The notes: generated by a model from the sequence alone, not told the origin. A stretch of DNA of 56,700 nt from Candidatus Bipolaricaulia bacterium (GCA_049643905.1 JBARQW010000108.1:1-56700); one strand, 5' to 3'. Counted from the first letter of the stretch, positions 27,291-37,805 are shown. Numbers and translations: made by a program.

Positions 27291-28124
27291 ATGATTCCGA
27301 TCCGTGACACCCTGCCGAGCCGGCGATTCCCGGTGGTGACTGTCACGCTGATCGTCCTCAACCTCCTCGTCTTCCTGTATCAGGGATACCTGCAGACGCA
27401 GCCGGTTCGCCTGAACGACGGCATCACATGGCAGAATGAGGGCCTTTCGCCGCCCCCTGGATTCGATTCGGCCGCCTATCAGGCACACCGTCTATCCGGA
27501 GGGGATCCGTCCCTCTACCCGCTTTCCGCGAGTGACTATCTCGTCTCGCAATACGCCGTGGTCCCCGTCGAAATCCTTCGGGGAACGGACCTTCCTCCCG
27601 CTATTCCTCTTCCCATCTGGATCACGTTACTCACCTCGATGTTCCTTCACGGAGGGCTGATGCACCTGTTGGGGAACATGCTGTTCCTCTGGATTTTCGG
27701 CGACAACGTGGAAGACGCGATGGGCCCCGCACGTTTCCTCGTCTTCTACCTCCTCTGCGGCATCGCCGCGGCGTTCGCTCAGATCGCGATCGACCCGGGG
27801 AGTCCGATCCCGTTGATCGGAGCCTCAGGCGCGATCGCCGGTGTCTTGGCCGCCTACTTCATGCTCTTCCCGTTCGCCAGGGTCCTCACGCTGATCCCGA
27901 TCTTCTTCTTCCTCCGGCTGATCCCGGTCCCGGCCGTCTTCCTGCTCGGATTCTGGTTCGTCCTCCAAGTCATCAGCGGGGCCGGCTCGCTCGGAAGCGG
28001 CGGTGGCGTCGCGTGGTTCGCACACATCGGCGGGTTCATCGCCGGAGCGATTCTCGTCTTCGGCTTCCGCGGTCGCGGTGTTCCGGTCACCCTTTGGCGT
28101 GCGTTGAGACGCGGACACTCCTAA
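27291..28124 (+). CDS. Rhomboid-family intramembrane serine protease
   Basis: 'FLHGGLMHLLGNMLFLWIFG', catalytic 'GASGAIAGVL' and 'AHIGGFIAG'. Confidence 0.9.
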   Translation: MIPIRDTLPSRRFPVVTVTLIVLNLLVFLYQGYLQTQPVRLNDGITWQNEGLSPPPGFDSAAYQAHRLSGGDPSLYPLSASDYLVSQYAVVPVEILRGTDLPPAIPLPIWITLLTSMFLHGGLMHLLGNMLFLWIFGDNVEDAMGPARFLVFYLLCGIAAAFAQIAIDPGSPIPLIGASGAIAGVLAAYFMLFPFARVLTLIPIFFFLRLIPVPAVFLLGFWFVLQVISGAGSLGSGGGVAWFAHIGGFIAGAILVFGFRGRGVPVTLWRALRRGHS

Positions 28125-28242
28125 CCTCCCGACGAGGGGCGGATGTCACCTTCGAGCCGCACGGCCGCCTTCACATCCACCCATTGACCTGCTAAGATGT
28201 ACTCGCTCGTCTTGAGAAGGATCGCTAAAGGGGTGATGAGGT

Positions 28243-29064
28243 ATGAAGAAGGGGGCAGTTCTCGGCTGCACCGTGTTCTTGTTTGTCTTCATCGGTTTAC
28301 TTGCCACAGGGGGAGACCTGGTGGGGCGTCGCGTGATCGTCATTACGAACGATCACGAGTTCACGGTCGAGAACGGCGTCTGCTCGGGGAGCGGAACCGT
28401 CGAAGATCCATACGTCGTGGAAAACTGGTCGATCGACGCTGGCCTTGATGACTACGGCATTCGCATTCACGGAACGACCCGCACGTTCGTGATCCGCAAC
28501 GTCGAGATCAGCGGCGCTGCGAAGTCGGGTATCTACTTCAGCTACGTCCAGAACGGGACGATCGAGAACTGCACCCTCGAAGCCAACTGGACCGGCGTTA
28601 CCCTCAACTTCTCGTCCTTCAACAGGATCACCGGGTGTCTCTTCGCGAAGAACACCGACGCGATCCACACCTACTTCTCACACAACAACCAGGTGCTAGG
28701 AAGCGTGTTCGAGCAGAACGACACCGCCCTCTGGCTCGACGCATCAAACGAGAGCCGCATCAGCGGGAACCTGATCTCCGATTCGCACATGGGCGTCTAT
28801 TTCAACCTGGGCTCGGAGCAGAACACCGTCCTCAACAACGCGTTCGTTGACAACTTGCACGACGCGTACACCGATGATCCGAACCTGTGGGACGATGGGA
28901 TCCGCGGCAACTACTGGAGCGGCTTCTCCGGGATCGATGCCGACGAAGACGGGATTTGGGACCTTCCGTATCTGATCTCGAGCGACGGGGATCAGGACAA
29001 CTTCCCGCTCGTCAGCCACACGCTGGTCCCTGAGCCCCCAGACGCGACTTGCGAGGAGCCGTAG
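28243..29064 (+). CDS. Secreted right-handed beta-helix (NosD/CASH-like) repeat protein
   Basis: Signal/anchor 'MKKGAVLGCTVFLFVFIGLLA'. Repeated 'N.I..N.i..n..Gi.l' units such as 'NGTIENCTLEANWTGVTLNFSSFNRITGCLFAKNTDAIH'. C-terminal 'GNYWSGFSGIDADEDGIWD'. Paralogous to 52151..54061. Confidence 0.8.
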   Translation: MKKGAVLGCTVFLFVFIGLLATGGDLVGRRVIVITNDHEFTVENGVCSGSGTVEDPYVVENWSIDAGLDDYGIRIHGTTRTFVIRNVEISGAAKSGIYFSYVQNGTIENCTLEANWTGVTLNFSSFNRITGCLFAKNTDAIHTYFSHNNQVLGSVFEQNDTALWLDASNESRISGNLISDSHMGVYFNLGSEQNTVLNNAFVDNLHDAYTDDPNLWDDGIRGNYWSGFSGIDADEDGIWDLPYLISSDGDQDNFPLVSHTLVPEPPDATCEEP

Positions 29065-29090
29065 CAAGCGCCGTCGCTGCGAAAGACCGT

Positions 29091-29111
29091 CACCCGCTCG
29101 CCAAGCGGGTG
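29091..29111. terminator. 8-bp hairpin between the convergent beta-helix and rubrerythrin-like genes
   Basis: CACCCGCT, loop cgcca, AGCGGGTG. On the minus strand it is followed by ACGGUCUUUCGC. Confidence 0.3.
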
Positions 29112-29166
29112 GCTGAGCGAGTCTGCGCATCATCGGAGCACGTCTGGTTCGAGCTTCTGGCTTCTG

Positions 29167-29676
29167 CTAAGAAAGTGGAGCGAAGCGGCTCTCACTCCAG
29201 TACTCGTCGCGGAGGTCGGAGTCTTCGCGAAGTAGGAGCTGGTAGTGCTCGTTCTCCCAATCTGCGAGGTCTCCAAAGAACCGGCGCACGGCTTCGTCTT
29301 TCTCCGCTTCCGCCGCGTCCGCGTAGAACACGTGTGCGCTCTTCTCCAAGAGAATCCCGATCGATAGCGCAGACATCTCGAGGTGTCTGCCCTCGATCCG
29401 CCGCCTGAAGTCTTCCGAGAAGATTCCCGACGCTCCCTGGGGACGCCAACGCTCGCCGAGAACGACGCTCGGATCCCAGCCCGACCCATCGAGAATCGCC
29501 CGATACTCCATCTGCAAAGCGCCGAAATGTCGACGCTCTTCTTCGGCGAGGTGCTCGAAGACTTTGACGGCGCCCACATCCTCGCTCTTCTCGGCCGCCA
29601 TCGTGTAGAACTCATATCCGTCCCGCTCGGCACGCAACGCGTCTTCAAGCAACGGCAGCAATCGTCGATCGTCCAT
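29167..29676 (-). CDS. Rubrerythrin/ferritin-like diiron protein (no rubredoxin domain)
   Basis: 'ERDGYEFYTMAAE', ExxH motifs 'EEERRH' and 'WENEHYQ'. Confidence 0.8.
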   Translation of the reverse strand: MDDRRLLPLLEDALRAERDGYEFYTMAAEKSEDVGAVKVFEHLAEEERRHFGALQMEYRAILDGSGWDPSVVLGERWRPQGASGIFSEDFRRRIEGRHLEMSALSIGILLEKSAHVFYADAAEAEKDEAVRRFFGDLADWENEHYQLLLREDSDLRDEYWSESRFAPLS

Positions 29677-29807
29677 TCCCGCTCCTTTCCGAGGGCAAGC
29701 TTACAGGATCCGGCCGCCGTAGCAGAGCGGGGAGGTCCGAACCCCGAGTTGATTTTCTCGAGCCGGTTCCTACACTGGAAGTCCGCGGTTTCGCGAGAAA
29801 GGATCCC

Positions 29808-30842
29808 ATGAGTTCAGAACGTCTGTTCGAGCGTGTCCGGGACGAGGTCTCTTATCCGCTCCTCCACGTTCCCGTGTCCGACATGCGAGAAGGCCAGCGG
29901 ATTGCACAATGCTTCCTCGCCAAGCAGAAGGCGCAGCGATCGACCCGCAAGGGAGACCCGTACTTGGAGCTCGTCCTCGCCGATCGGACCGGCACCATCC
30001 CGGCACGTGCGTGGTCCGAGATCGCGGAACGCTTCGCCGATCAGTTCGACGAGGGGGAGTTTGTCTTCGTTCAGGGACGAACGGAGACGTATCGAAGCAC
30101 GCTCCAGCTGATCATCGAGTCGATCCGCCGTCTGAGTTCGCACGAGAAGGAAGAAGGGAAGCTCCCGGACTTCGACCCAAGCCTTCTCGTTCCGGCAAGC
30201 GAGCAGAACATCGAGGAGATGTGGGAGGAATTGATCCGCCTCGTGGGCTCGATCGAACCCGAACCTCTCCGACAGCTGACCCTCCGTCTTCTGGAGGAGC
30301 GAGACGAGGCCTTCATGCGGGCCCCGGCTGCCATCGCCAAGCACCACGCGTACATCGGCGGCCTGCTTGAGCATACGCTGGAGGTTACCGCAGGCGTGGC
30401 GGGTCTCGCGACATCACTTCCCACACTCCGCCTTCGCCACGGACTCGCCGTGGCCGGAGCGATCCTCCACGACATCGGGAAGCTCGAGGAGATGGAGAAC
30501 CCGATCGCCCCCCGTCATGGCCTCACCGGTGAGCTCATCGGACACATTCTCCTCGGCCGCGACATGGTGCGCGACGCTGCAGCGGACTACGAATGGCCCG
30601 ACGCGAGGCTTCCGCTTCTCCTCGAGCACATCCTGATTTCGCACCACGGCCTGCTCGAGTACGGTGCTTCCGTGCTTCCGAAAATCCCGGAAGCCGTGTG
30701 CGTCTATCATTTCGACAACCTCTCCGCCAAACTGAACATGATGAGGATGCTCGTCGCCGGCGATTCCGAAGAGGGGAACTTCACGAACTGGAGCCCCGAC
30801 CTCGGCCGACGCGTGTTCAAGGCGAATCTCACTAACGGCTAG
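29808..30842 (+). CDS. OB-fold plus HD-domain phosphohydrolase (YhaM-like 3'-5' exoribonuclease family)
   Basis: N-terminal OB fold 'KGDPYLELVLADRTGTIPARAW...FVFVQGRTETYRSTLQL'. HD motifs 'HHAYIGGLLEHTLEV' and 'AILHDIGK'. Confidence 0.8.
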   Translation: MSSERLFERVRDEVSYPLLHVPVSDMREGQRIAQCFLAKQKAQRSTRKGDPYLELVLADRTGTIPARAWSEIAERFADQFDEGEFVFVQGRTETYRSTLQLIIESIRRLSSHEKEEGKLPDFDPSLLVPASEQNIEEMWEELIRLVGSIEPEPLRQLTLRLLEERDEAFMRAPAAIAKHHAYIGGLLEHTLEVTAGVAGLATSLPTLRLRHGLAVAGAILHDIGKLEEMENPIAPRHGLTGELIGHILLGRDMVRDAAADYEWPDARLPLLLEHILISHHGLLEYGASVLPKIPEAVCVYHFDNLSAKLNMMRMLVAGDSEEGNFTNWSPDLGRRVFKANLTNG

Positions 30843-30917
30843 CGCGGGATTGCAGGCCGGAAGCGTCTCCCTGTAATCGGTCAAATCCCCACGTACAACG
30901 AAGAAGCGAAGGGACGG

Positions 30918-32675
30918 ATGATCATGAGAACGGACTACTGCGGGCGGCTGACGAAAGCCGACATCGGTCGAACGGTCAGACTGGCGGGGTGGGTGAACCG
31001 TCGCCGCGACTTCGGCACGATCACGTTTGTCGATCTTCGTGATCGGACCGGGATCGCGCAGCTCCTGTTTTCCCATGAAGTCACTCAGGGGGTCGCCGAG
31101 ACGGCGCACACACTCAACCGCGAGGATGTCGTCGTCGTTTCGGGCATCGTCCAGCCGAGGAGCGAAGGAAACACTAATCCGGACATGCCGACAGGCGAGG
31201 TCGAAGTCCACGCCGCATCGATCGAGGTGCTCAACAGGTCAGAGACGCCACCCTTCCTGATCGAAGGAGACGGCTCCGACACGACCGAGGAGACGCGCCT
31301 TCGATTCCGGTACGTAGATCTTCGACGCGAAAGAATGCAGCGAAACCTCGAGCTGCGTCATCGCGTCTTCAAGGCGACGCGCGACTACTTCTCGGACGCC
31401 GGGTTCCTGGAAGTCGAGACACCGTTCCTGACCAAATCGACGCCTGAAGGAGCCCGCGACTTCCTCGTCCCGAGTCGCGTCCACCAAGGGTCGTTCTACG
31501 CCCTTCCGCAGTCGCCCCAGCTCTTCAAGCAGCTGTTCATGATCGGCGGCCTCGATCGGTACGTACAGCTGGTCAAGTGCTTCCGCGACGAGGATCTCCG
31601 CGCCGACCGCCAGCCCGAATTCACCCAGCTCGATCTCGAAATCGCTTTCCCCGAAGGGAAAGACGAGATCCTCGACGTTCTCGAAGGAGCGGTCGCCCAC
31701 GTCTTCGGAGAGGTTCTCTCCGTCGAGCTCAAGCGTCCGTTCCTCCGCATGACGCACGCCGAAGCCATCGCCCGCTACGGCACGGACAAGCCGGACCTAC
31801 GCATGGGGATGGAGATCTGCGATGTCTCTGAGTTGGTGTCCGACTGCGGGTTCCGTGTCTTCTCCGAGGCGGTCGCCTCAGGTGGGAAAGTTGCCGGAGT
31901 CCGCGCTGAAGGATGCGCGTCCTACTCCCGCTCCGCCATCGATCGGCTCCAGGAGATTGCAGTCACAGCGGGTGCCAAGGGGCTTGCGTGGCTGAAGGTC
32001 ACCGAGACGATCGAGTCGCCGATCGCCAAGTTCCTCACGGAAGAGGAACTCTCGTCGATCGCGAACGCATTCTCTGCAACGCCGGGCGACCTGATCCTGC
32101 TTCTCGCAGGTGAAGGGATCGAGCGCCCTCTCGGGGAGCTCCGTCTCGCCGTGGGACGCGACAAGGAGCTCCCTGCGGAGGGCTGGCGGATCCTGTGGAT
32201 CACCGACTTCCCGCTGTTCGAGGCCGACGAGGCAGGTGAGCTGACCAGTTCGCACCACCCGTTCACCTCACCCCGAGCCGAAGACGTCGACAGGCTGGAA
32301 ACTGAACCGCTCTGCGTCCTTTCGAACGCCTACGATCTCGTCCTGAACGGGACTGAACTTGGGAGTGGGAGCATCCGAATCCACGCTCGCAAGCTTCAGG
32401 AGCGGATCTTCTCGATGCTTCGGATTCCTCCGGAGGAGGCCGAGCTGCGCTTCGGCTTCTTTCTGCGTGCGCTCGATTACGGCGCTCCCCCGCATGGAGG
32501 ATTCGCTCTCGGCATGGACCGGCTGGTCATGATGATGGCTGGTGAAGCTTCTCTTCGAGACGTGATAGCGTTTCCGAAGACGGCGACCGGTGCATGCCCG
32601 CTCACCGGAGCACCGATGCCGGTGTCGGAAGATCAACTGAAGGACCTTGGCATCTCGGCAGAGAGCGGAGGATAG
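30918..32675 (+). CDS. aspS: Aspartyl-tRNA synthetase (bacterial type)
   Basis: 'RTDYCGRL', 'GWVNRRRDFGTITFVDLRDRTG', class II motifs 'FRDEDLRADRQPEFTQLD' and 'GGFALGMDRLVMM'. Confidence 0.95.
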   Translation: MIMRTDYCGRLTKADIGRTVRLAGWVNRRRDFGTITFVDLRDRTGIAQLLFSHEVTQGVAETAHTLNREDVVVVSGIVQPRSEGNTNPDMPTGEVEVHAASIEVLNRSETPPFLIEGDGSDTTEETRLRFRYVDLRRERMQRNLELRHRVFKATRDYFSDAGFLEVETPFLTKSTPEGARDFLVPSRVHQGSFYALPQSPQLFKQLFMIGGLDRYVQLVKCFRDEDLRADRQPEFTQLDLEIAFPEGKDEILDVLEGAVAHVFGEVLSVELKRPFLRMTHAEAIARYGTDKPDLRMGMEICDVSELVSDCGFRVFSEAVASGGKVAGVRAEGCASYSRSAIDRLQEIAVTAGAKGLAWLKVTETIESPIAKFLTEEELSSIANAFSATPGDLILLLAGEGIERPLGELRLAVGRDKELPAEGWRILWITDFPLFEADEAGELTSSHHPFTSPRAEDVDRLETEPLCVLSNAYDLVLNGTELGSGSIRIHARKLQERIFSMLRIPPEEAELRFGFFLRALDYGAPPHGGFALGMDRLVMMMAGEASLRDVIAFPKTATGACPLTGAPMPVSEDQLKDLGISAESGG

Positions 32676-32862
32676 CTCGGCCACGGCACGTCTGACGGCG
32701 CATCCTCGTCGTCGTCAGCGTGTCGTCGGGGATTTATGAATCCTCCTTCCGGCTGTTTCTCTCGCCGCAGCGCTGCTCGGCTGGGACGCATCTTTCGCCG
32801 CGGTCCGCCTCGCTCCCTCTGACCACCCAGGTTCGCGACAAGCCTCCTCCGGGAATGAAGAG

Positions 32863-32886
32863 GCCGGACGGCAGCAGCCGTCCGGC
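32863..32886. terminator. 9-10-bp GC hairpin between convergent aspS and the PKD gene
   Basis: GCCGGACGG, loop cagcag, CCGTCCGGC. The flanks are moderately T-rich on both strands. Confidence 0.4.
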
Positions 32887-32917
32887 TCGGATCTTCCTGA
32901 ACTTCGATTAGACGTAT

Positions 32918-33604
32918 CTAGGATTCAATCTCAATCTCGCCGCAGATCTCGCCGACGAAGCGGCCATCCAGCACTCCGCTGAACTCACCGGAGAGCTCCG
33001 TCAGATACGACGTCCCGGGATGGAGCCTGTATGAGAAAGTCAGCTCCGTCCCGGCTTCGGCCTCGTTCCACCAGATGACCTCGTAGATCCGCTCCTCGTC
33101 GTTTGGACGGGTGTACGCACCCCCGCTGTCGAGGAGTTCGAACTGCCACCCTCTTGGCATCCCCTCCTGGATCCCTGGAGCTGACAAGGTCTCGGTCACT
33201 GTCACCGTGATCAGAACGAAGATCGTCCCGTCACCCTGGTCGACCGTTTCGCGCACGGCGAAGGCCGGATAGGTGCCGACGAGGATCCCTTTCCTCTTCG
33301 TCTTCCGACGGCCGTCTGCGTCGGTCAGCGTCAGCTCGGCCTCGAAGAATCCGCTCTCAGCGAACGCATACTCAACGACCGGATCATCCGACTCCAGGTC
33401 CGTCGTGCCATCCCCGTCGAAGTCCCAAGCATACCGGTACGATCCAGAGTCCATGCACGGCTCGCAGACAGCAAACGTGACAGGCTCGTCAACGCCCGGA
33501 TTGAAGGTCGACGGATCGTAATCGGCATCCCACGCGAGGCCGCAGACCGCGAAGACGGCAAGGGCGGCGACGGCGAATACCGGTCCGAAGACTAGTCTTT
33601 TCAT
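32918..33604 (-). CDS. Secreted PKD-domain protein with a C-terminal 'LPxGW' beta-sandwich-like domain
   Basis: Signal peptide 'MKRLVFGPVFAVAALAVFAVCG'. PKD 'YRYAWDFDGDGTTD...YAFAESGFFEAELTLTDADG'. Then 'GIQEGMPRGWQFELLDSGG...TELTFSYRL'. AGGAGG precedes the ATG. Confidence 0.75.
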   Translation of the reverse strand: MKRLVFGPVFAVAALAVFAVCGLAWDADYDPSTFNPGVDEPVTFAVCEPCMDSGSYRYAWDFDGDGTTDLESDDPVVEYAFAESGFFEAELTLTDADGRRKTKRKGILVGTYPAFAVRETVDQGDGTIFVLITVTVTETLSAPGIQEGMPRGWQFELLDSGGAYTRPNDEERIYEVIWWNEAEAGTELTFSYRLHPGTSYLTELSGEFSGVLDGRFVGEICGEIEIES

Positions 33605-33639
33605 TCCCCCTCCTTATCGAGCCCGATTCGCCCCCCCCG

Positions 33640-35556
33640 CTAGGGGAGCGAATCGTGGACCGATCTACCGGTCAGCCAATAGGCAATCAGGTCTTGCATC
33701 AACACGATGTCGATCGCCCGATTGTCGGTCTGCGGCACGCTGTTGCCGGAAAGCCACAGCGAGACGGCGTATTGGATCTCGGCAAAGTCGATGACTTCGG
33801 GATCCGGCTCGCACAGCCTCAGCTCCGATGTATCGGTGTCCCATCTGGAGATCACGATTGGAATCGGCAAGAACTTGGCCACGCTGAGTTTGTCCTCGCC
33901 GAGAATCGTCTGCTCAAAGCGCGGCGACGAACTGGCAACCGATCCTTGGATCGAGGCCTGTGCCAGTCCCGACTCCCCGGCAACGGCGTCGGCCGGTGCC
34001 TGCAGCGTGTACCGGATCTCGCGCTGGGAGTTGATCTCCTCGCCGACAAGCTTCTCGACGAACAGCCACTCCGCGATGGTTCCGGTCTGCCGGGCCGTGG
34101 CGCCATCATTGTCGCCCTCGACGAACGTCCACCCGGCCGGGATCGTCTCGACGATGGCAAGACCATTCAGCATTCCCTTGACGTCGATCAACAGGGTGAT
34201 GTCCACCGTTGCATCCGGGACCGTCAGGTCACCCGGAAGGCAGGACTCGATCGTTCGTGTCGCGGTCACTCGAGGTCCTAGCGCGACCGTGACTTCGGCC
34301 TCGTAGGGCTCGGATTCCTCGCCGTCCTCGTCGATGGCCACGAGCGAAACGGTGAACGTTCCCGTGTCATGGAACCGGTGCTCGGGGTTCTGCTCGAGGC
34401 TCGTCGTCTCGTCGCCGAAGTCCCACTCCCAAGCGACGACGTCACCATCGTCATCGAACGACTCGTCCTCGAAGACAACGGAGTCGACGGTGTTCGCGAT
34501 GCCGTCCTCAACAGAGAAGAGCGCCACCGGTCCCGAGTTCGGGAGGATGCCCTTCAGCACCAAAGACGGGATCTCCTCGATTCGCTTGACGCCTCGGAAG
34601 TCAACGTACTGAACGGTCGACGAGACGTCGGTCTCCCATTCCCCTTTCTCGAGGACTTCGAACTCCATCTCAATCGACGTTCCCTCGCCAAGTTCGAGAT
34701 CCGCAAGGCGCCAGATGGCCGTTGTCGAGCCGTCCTGATGAAGCTCAATCTGAGACGCTTCTGGCGATGCGTCAACGAGCCTCAATTCAGCCGGAATCCG
34801 CTTCTCCACACGAAGCTCTCTCGCAGCCGCATACACGGCAAGGTCGTTGAGGATCTCCGTTCGAGCTCGATCGGTCGGACGCTCGAAGAACTGCCCGCCC
34901 GTCTCCTCGGCAAACCCCTCGAGCATGTTCCGGTTGATCAGAGTTCCGAGTCCGACGGCGACGATCTGAATCCCGATCTGGGCGGCTGCCGTGCCTTCCG
35001 TGTCGGGCTCGATCCCAACGCTCGACTGGCCGTCCGAGATGAGAACTTCAACAAGGATCGCGTTCTCCCTCCCGACTTGATCCAGTTCGCGTCGAGCCAT
35101 TTGCATCGCGAGCCCCATCGCGGACTTACCGCTCGCCCTCAAATCGGCGATCGCCAACTTGGCGGCACCGAGGTTGTGCGTCAGCGGAATGTCGAGTTCG
35201 GCCGTCGTCCCGTATGAAACGACCCCGACGCGGTCGTCGAAGCCGAACTGGTCGATCAGGTCGAATGCGAACTCCTTCGCCTGAACGAGGTCCGATGTGG
35301 CAGAGGTGTCGATGACGAATAGACAATCGATGGGGTACCGGACGGCCGGCCCCACACTGGCAACGGCAATGGTCAGCGTGGCGGAGATCGGCTCTTCGTC
35401 CGTTCCGGCTACGTAGATTCTGTTCGGGCTGATCGTCTGGTCGATGCTGAATGTCCCCTCACCCATCACCGCCCAAGACGTCCAAGCCAACAAGAAAAAG
35501 AGGACGGCGAGGGGTATCCCCCTCGCCGTATGGTTGGTCGTTCTCATTCGTATCAT
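33640..35556 (-). CDS. Secreted von Willebrand factor A, PKD and 'LPxGW' domain protein
   Basis: vWA MIDAS-like 'FVIDTSATS', 'GKSAMG', 'LISDGQSS'. PKD 'VAWEWDFGDETTS...HDTGTFTVSLVAIDEDG'. 'IVETIPAGWTFVEGDNDG'. C-terminal 'LIAYWLTGRSVHDSLP'. The start may be the ATG at 35547. Confidence 0.8.
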   Translation of the reverse strand: MIRMRTTNHTARGIPLAVLFFLLAWTSWAVMGEGTFSIDQTISPNRIYVAGTDEEPISATLTIAVASVGPAVRYPIDCLFVIDTSATSDLVQAKEFAFDLIDQFGFDDRVGVVSYGTTAELDIPLTHNLGAAKLAIADLRASGKSAMGLAMQMARRELDQVGRENAILVEVLISDGQSSVGIEPDTEGTAAAQIGIQIVAVGLGTLINRNMLEGFAEETGGQFFERPTDRARTEILNDLAVYAAARELRVEKRIPAELRLVDASPEASQIELHQDGSTTAIWRLADLELGEGTSIEMEFEVLEKGEWETDVSSTVQYVDFRGVKRIEEIPSLVLKGILPNSGPVALFSVEDGIANTVDSVVFEDESFDDDGDVVAWEWDFGDETTSLEQNPEHRFHDTGTFTVSLVAIDEDGEESEPYEAEVTVALGPRVTATRTIESCLPGDLTVPDATVDITLLIDVKGMLNGLAIVETIPAGWTFVEGDNDGATARQTGTIAEWLFVEKLVGEEINSQREIRYTLQAPADAVAGESGLAQASIQGSVASSSPRFEQTILGEDKLSVAKFLPIPIVISRWDTDTSELRLCEPDPEVIDFAEIQYAVSLWLSGNSVPQTDNRAIDIVLMQDLIAYWLTGRSVHDSLP

Positions 35557-35585
35557 CTCCCAGTACGGGCCCGACCTAGGCCGAC

Positions 35586-37805
35586 TTACGGATCACAGAG
35601 CCACTCGTCCGGATCGCACGGCCCATCGGGCACGCTCGGGAGTGGATCACAGATGTTCGTTCCGGTCAGCCAGTAGGCGATGATCTCCTTCAGCGTGTGG
35701 TACCCGACCGTCTGACCGCACGTCCACGGCACGATCTCGTCTTCAAGCCAGAACGCGATCGCGCGCTGGACCTGCTGGAACGAGATCTTGTCGGAAAGCG
35801 TGATGTCGAGGCGATCGCTGTTGACGTCCCATCGAGAGATCGCAACAAGGACCGACACGCATTCGCTCACGTCGATTCCGCTGTCGCCGGTCACCGGGGT
35901 CTCCATGCAAGGTAGACCCGAATCGACGATTCCGTACAGGTCGGTAGAGCTCGCGTAGCAAGGATCACTCGCTGCGATCTCGATCAACTCGGTCTGAGGG
36001 ACCTCGACCTGATAGATGATCGTCTTCATGGTGTTCGCCGGCAGCTTCGTCGGGTAGACCCACTCCGTTCGGGAGGCCTTGTACGTGAAGCCATCGTTCT
36101 CGATCGGGATGACCCTCCATCCGGTCGGAAGATCTTCGTGCAGCCCGACGCCGTACAAGTCCTGGTCGGCCCACGTCTCGACCTTCACGGTGAAGGTGCT
36201 TCCCGCCTTGTCGCCTCCCGGCCCGTAGTAGTTGAGCAGGATGTTGTTGCACGGAACCGGAGTAGCGATCGTGCGCACCGCGTTGATGTTCGCCAGGATC
36301 ATCCCGGGGAGTTGCTCGTCGACCGGCGTACATGTGTAAGCGTAGGCCGACAGCTCCTTCATCTCCTCGAGGCTGATCGTCTTCCCTTGCGTCCACGGCA
36401 CGGCTTCTTCGTACTGCCACATCTCCAGTGCGCGCGTGAGCTGCTGCGGATCGATCTTCTGCGACAGACGCAGATCGATCGAGTCATCCATGTCGATGCT
36501 GAGACGCGGCACGAGATGCGCGATCGCCGTCTTCAGCGGGAGCGCGTCCGTGATCTCGATCTTCGAGTCACCCTCGATCGGAGTCTCCATGAACGGCGTC
36601 ATCGCCTGGAAGGTCCCGGTGATGGTGAAGCAGACCGGGAGCGTCGTCGCGATGAGCTGATTGCTCTCAGGGACCGTCACTTCGTACGAGATGACCTTGG
36701 TCGTGTGAGCCCTGATCTGATCGATGAACACCCATTGGACGCTCGACCGCTTGAATGCTGCACCGGCGTTCTCCAGTGGCTTGATCTTCCAGCCGACTGG
36801 CAGGTTCTCCTGGAGTCCGACGCCGGCAAGATCCATCTGCGGCTCGAACCGAACGACCACGAGGAACGTCGTCCCAGGAAGGGCGGCGACCGTGGAGATC
36901 GTTCGCGACAAGTCGATCGCGAGATCGCCCACGTCAAGCGTCAGCGTCTCTCGGTCGGTCGTCCCTGCGGCATCCGACGCGCGGAGCGTAACGCTCTTGA
37001 ATCCACTCGTTGCGTAGGTATGCGTCACCACTGGATCGGTCGTCACGAGCTCAAAGAGGCCGTCCCCATCGAAGTCCCACTCATACGAATCGATCGACCC
37101 ATCGGGATCGAACGTCGCCGACGCATCGAACGTGATCTGCTCGTTGATGTGGGCCGTTGTTGGGGATGCGAAGAACGAGACCGTTGGCGGTCGGTTCTGT
37201 GTCCCCTCAATGAGGATCGGATCGAGCAGGTTCAGGACCGTTTCCTGCGGGAACGCCACGCTCCCCGAGAGGAACTTGACTTGGGTGATCCCGGTCGTGA
37301 ACTGAGGGAAGATCGTCATGAGGAATTCCTCAGTGATCGGTCCCAGGACCATTCCGTCTCCGAGTCCGTCGTCCCACGTCAGCGAGACCGTGCCGGTCGG
37401 AGGCGTCAGGTCCCATGTGTCCCGGAAGTCGAAATTGTCATCCTGGACCTGGAACCCTGCGCCTGCAGGAACTCCGTTCAGCGTCATCGACACAGCCCCT
37501 GTCGTGCTCCCGGCAACTCCGCCGAGAATCACGAACAAGGATAGCTCCCCACTCGCCGTGTCCCTGTATAGGAATAGCACGGCGGTGTTCGCTTCCTCGA
37601 AACCGGTCGACGCTACGCTCCCCACGTACCCGTAGAAGTCAACCACTCCCACCGGGTTTTCCAGAGGCGTAATCGTGACTCGCGTTTCCCCTTGACTGAC
37701 AGTGTAGAAGCCGTCGCCTTGCGCCAACCCCGTCGCCGGAAGTAGGAGAACGACCACCGTCAGAAGGAGGGAAAGGCCAAATAGCCTGACCTCACGCACC
37801 TTCAT
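35586..37805 (-). CDS. Large secreted protein with a PKD domain and two 'LPxGW' modules, each followed by a helical tail motif
   Basis: ATG at 37805 follows AAAGGAGG. Signal 'MKVREVRLFGLSLLLTVVVLLLPATGLAQG'. PKD 'YEWDFDGDGLFE...YATSGFKSVTLRASDAAG'. Modules 'GLQENLPVGWKIKPLENAG' and 'GLHEDLPTGWRVIPIENDG'. C-terminus 'IIAYWLTGTNICDPLP'. Confidence 0.8.
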   Translation of the reverse strand: MKVREVRLFGLSLLLTVVVLLLPATGLAQGDGFYTVSQGETRVTITPLENPVGVVDFYGYVGSVASTGFEEANTAVLFLYRDTASGELSLFVILGGVAGSTTGAVSMTLNGVPAGAGFQVQDDNFDFRDTWDLTPPTGTVSLTWDDGLGDGMVLGPITEEFLMTIFPQFTTGITQVKFLSGSVAFPQETVLNLLDPILIEGTQNRPPTVSFFASPTTAHINEQITFDASATFDPDGSIDSYEWDFDGDGLFELVTTDPVVTHTYATSGFKSVTLRASDAAGTTDRETLTLDVGDLAIDLSRTISTVAALPGTTFLVVVRFEPQMDLAGVGLQENLPVGWKIKPLENAGAAFKRSSVQWVFIDQIRAHTTKVISYEVTVPESNQLIATTLPVCFTITGTFQAMTPFMETPIEGDSKIEITDALPLKTAIAHLVPRLSIDMDDSIDLRLSQKIDPQQLTRALEMWQYEEAVPWTQGKTISLEEMKELSAYAYTCTPVDEQLPGMILANINAVRTIATPVPCNNILLNYYGPGGDKAGSTFTVKVETWADQDLYGVGLHEDLPTGWRVIPIENDGFTYKASRTEWVYPTKLPANTMKTIIYQVEVPQTELIEIAASDPCYASSTDLYGIVDSGLPCMETPVTGDSGIDVSECVSVLVAISRWDVNSDRLDITLSDKISFQQVQRAIAFWLEDEIVPWTCGQTVGYHTLKEIIAYWLTGTNICDPLPSVPDGPCDPDEWLCDP

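Noticed and set aside
29715-29760. 'GTAGCAGAGCGGGGAGGTCCGAACCCC', a tRNA-like fragment in the rubrerythrin/yhaM divergent spacer
   Set aside because: Only a GGGG/CCCC stem with a 9-nt loop can be formed. There is no cloverleaf.
36138-37544. 468-aa plus-strand ORF
   Set aside because: It is antisense to the large secreted PKD/LPxGW gene, which has a signal peptide, an SD and domain signatures. This frame is Arg/Asp-rich nonsense.
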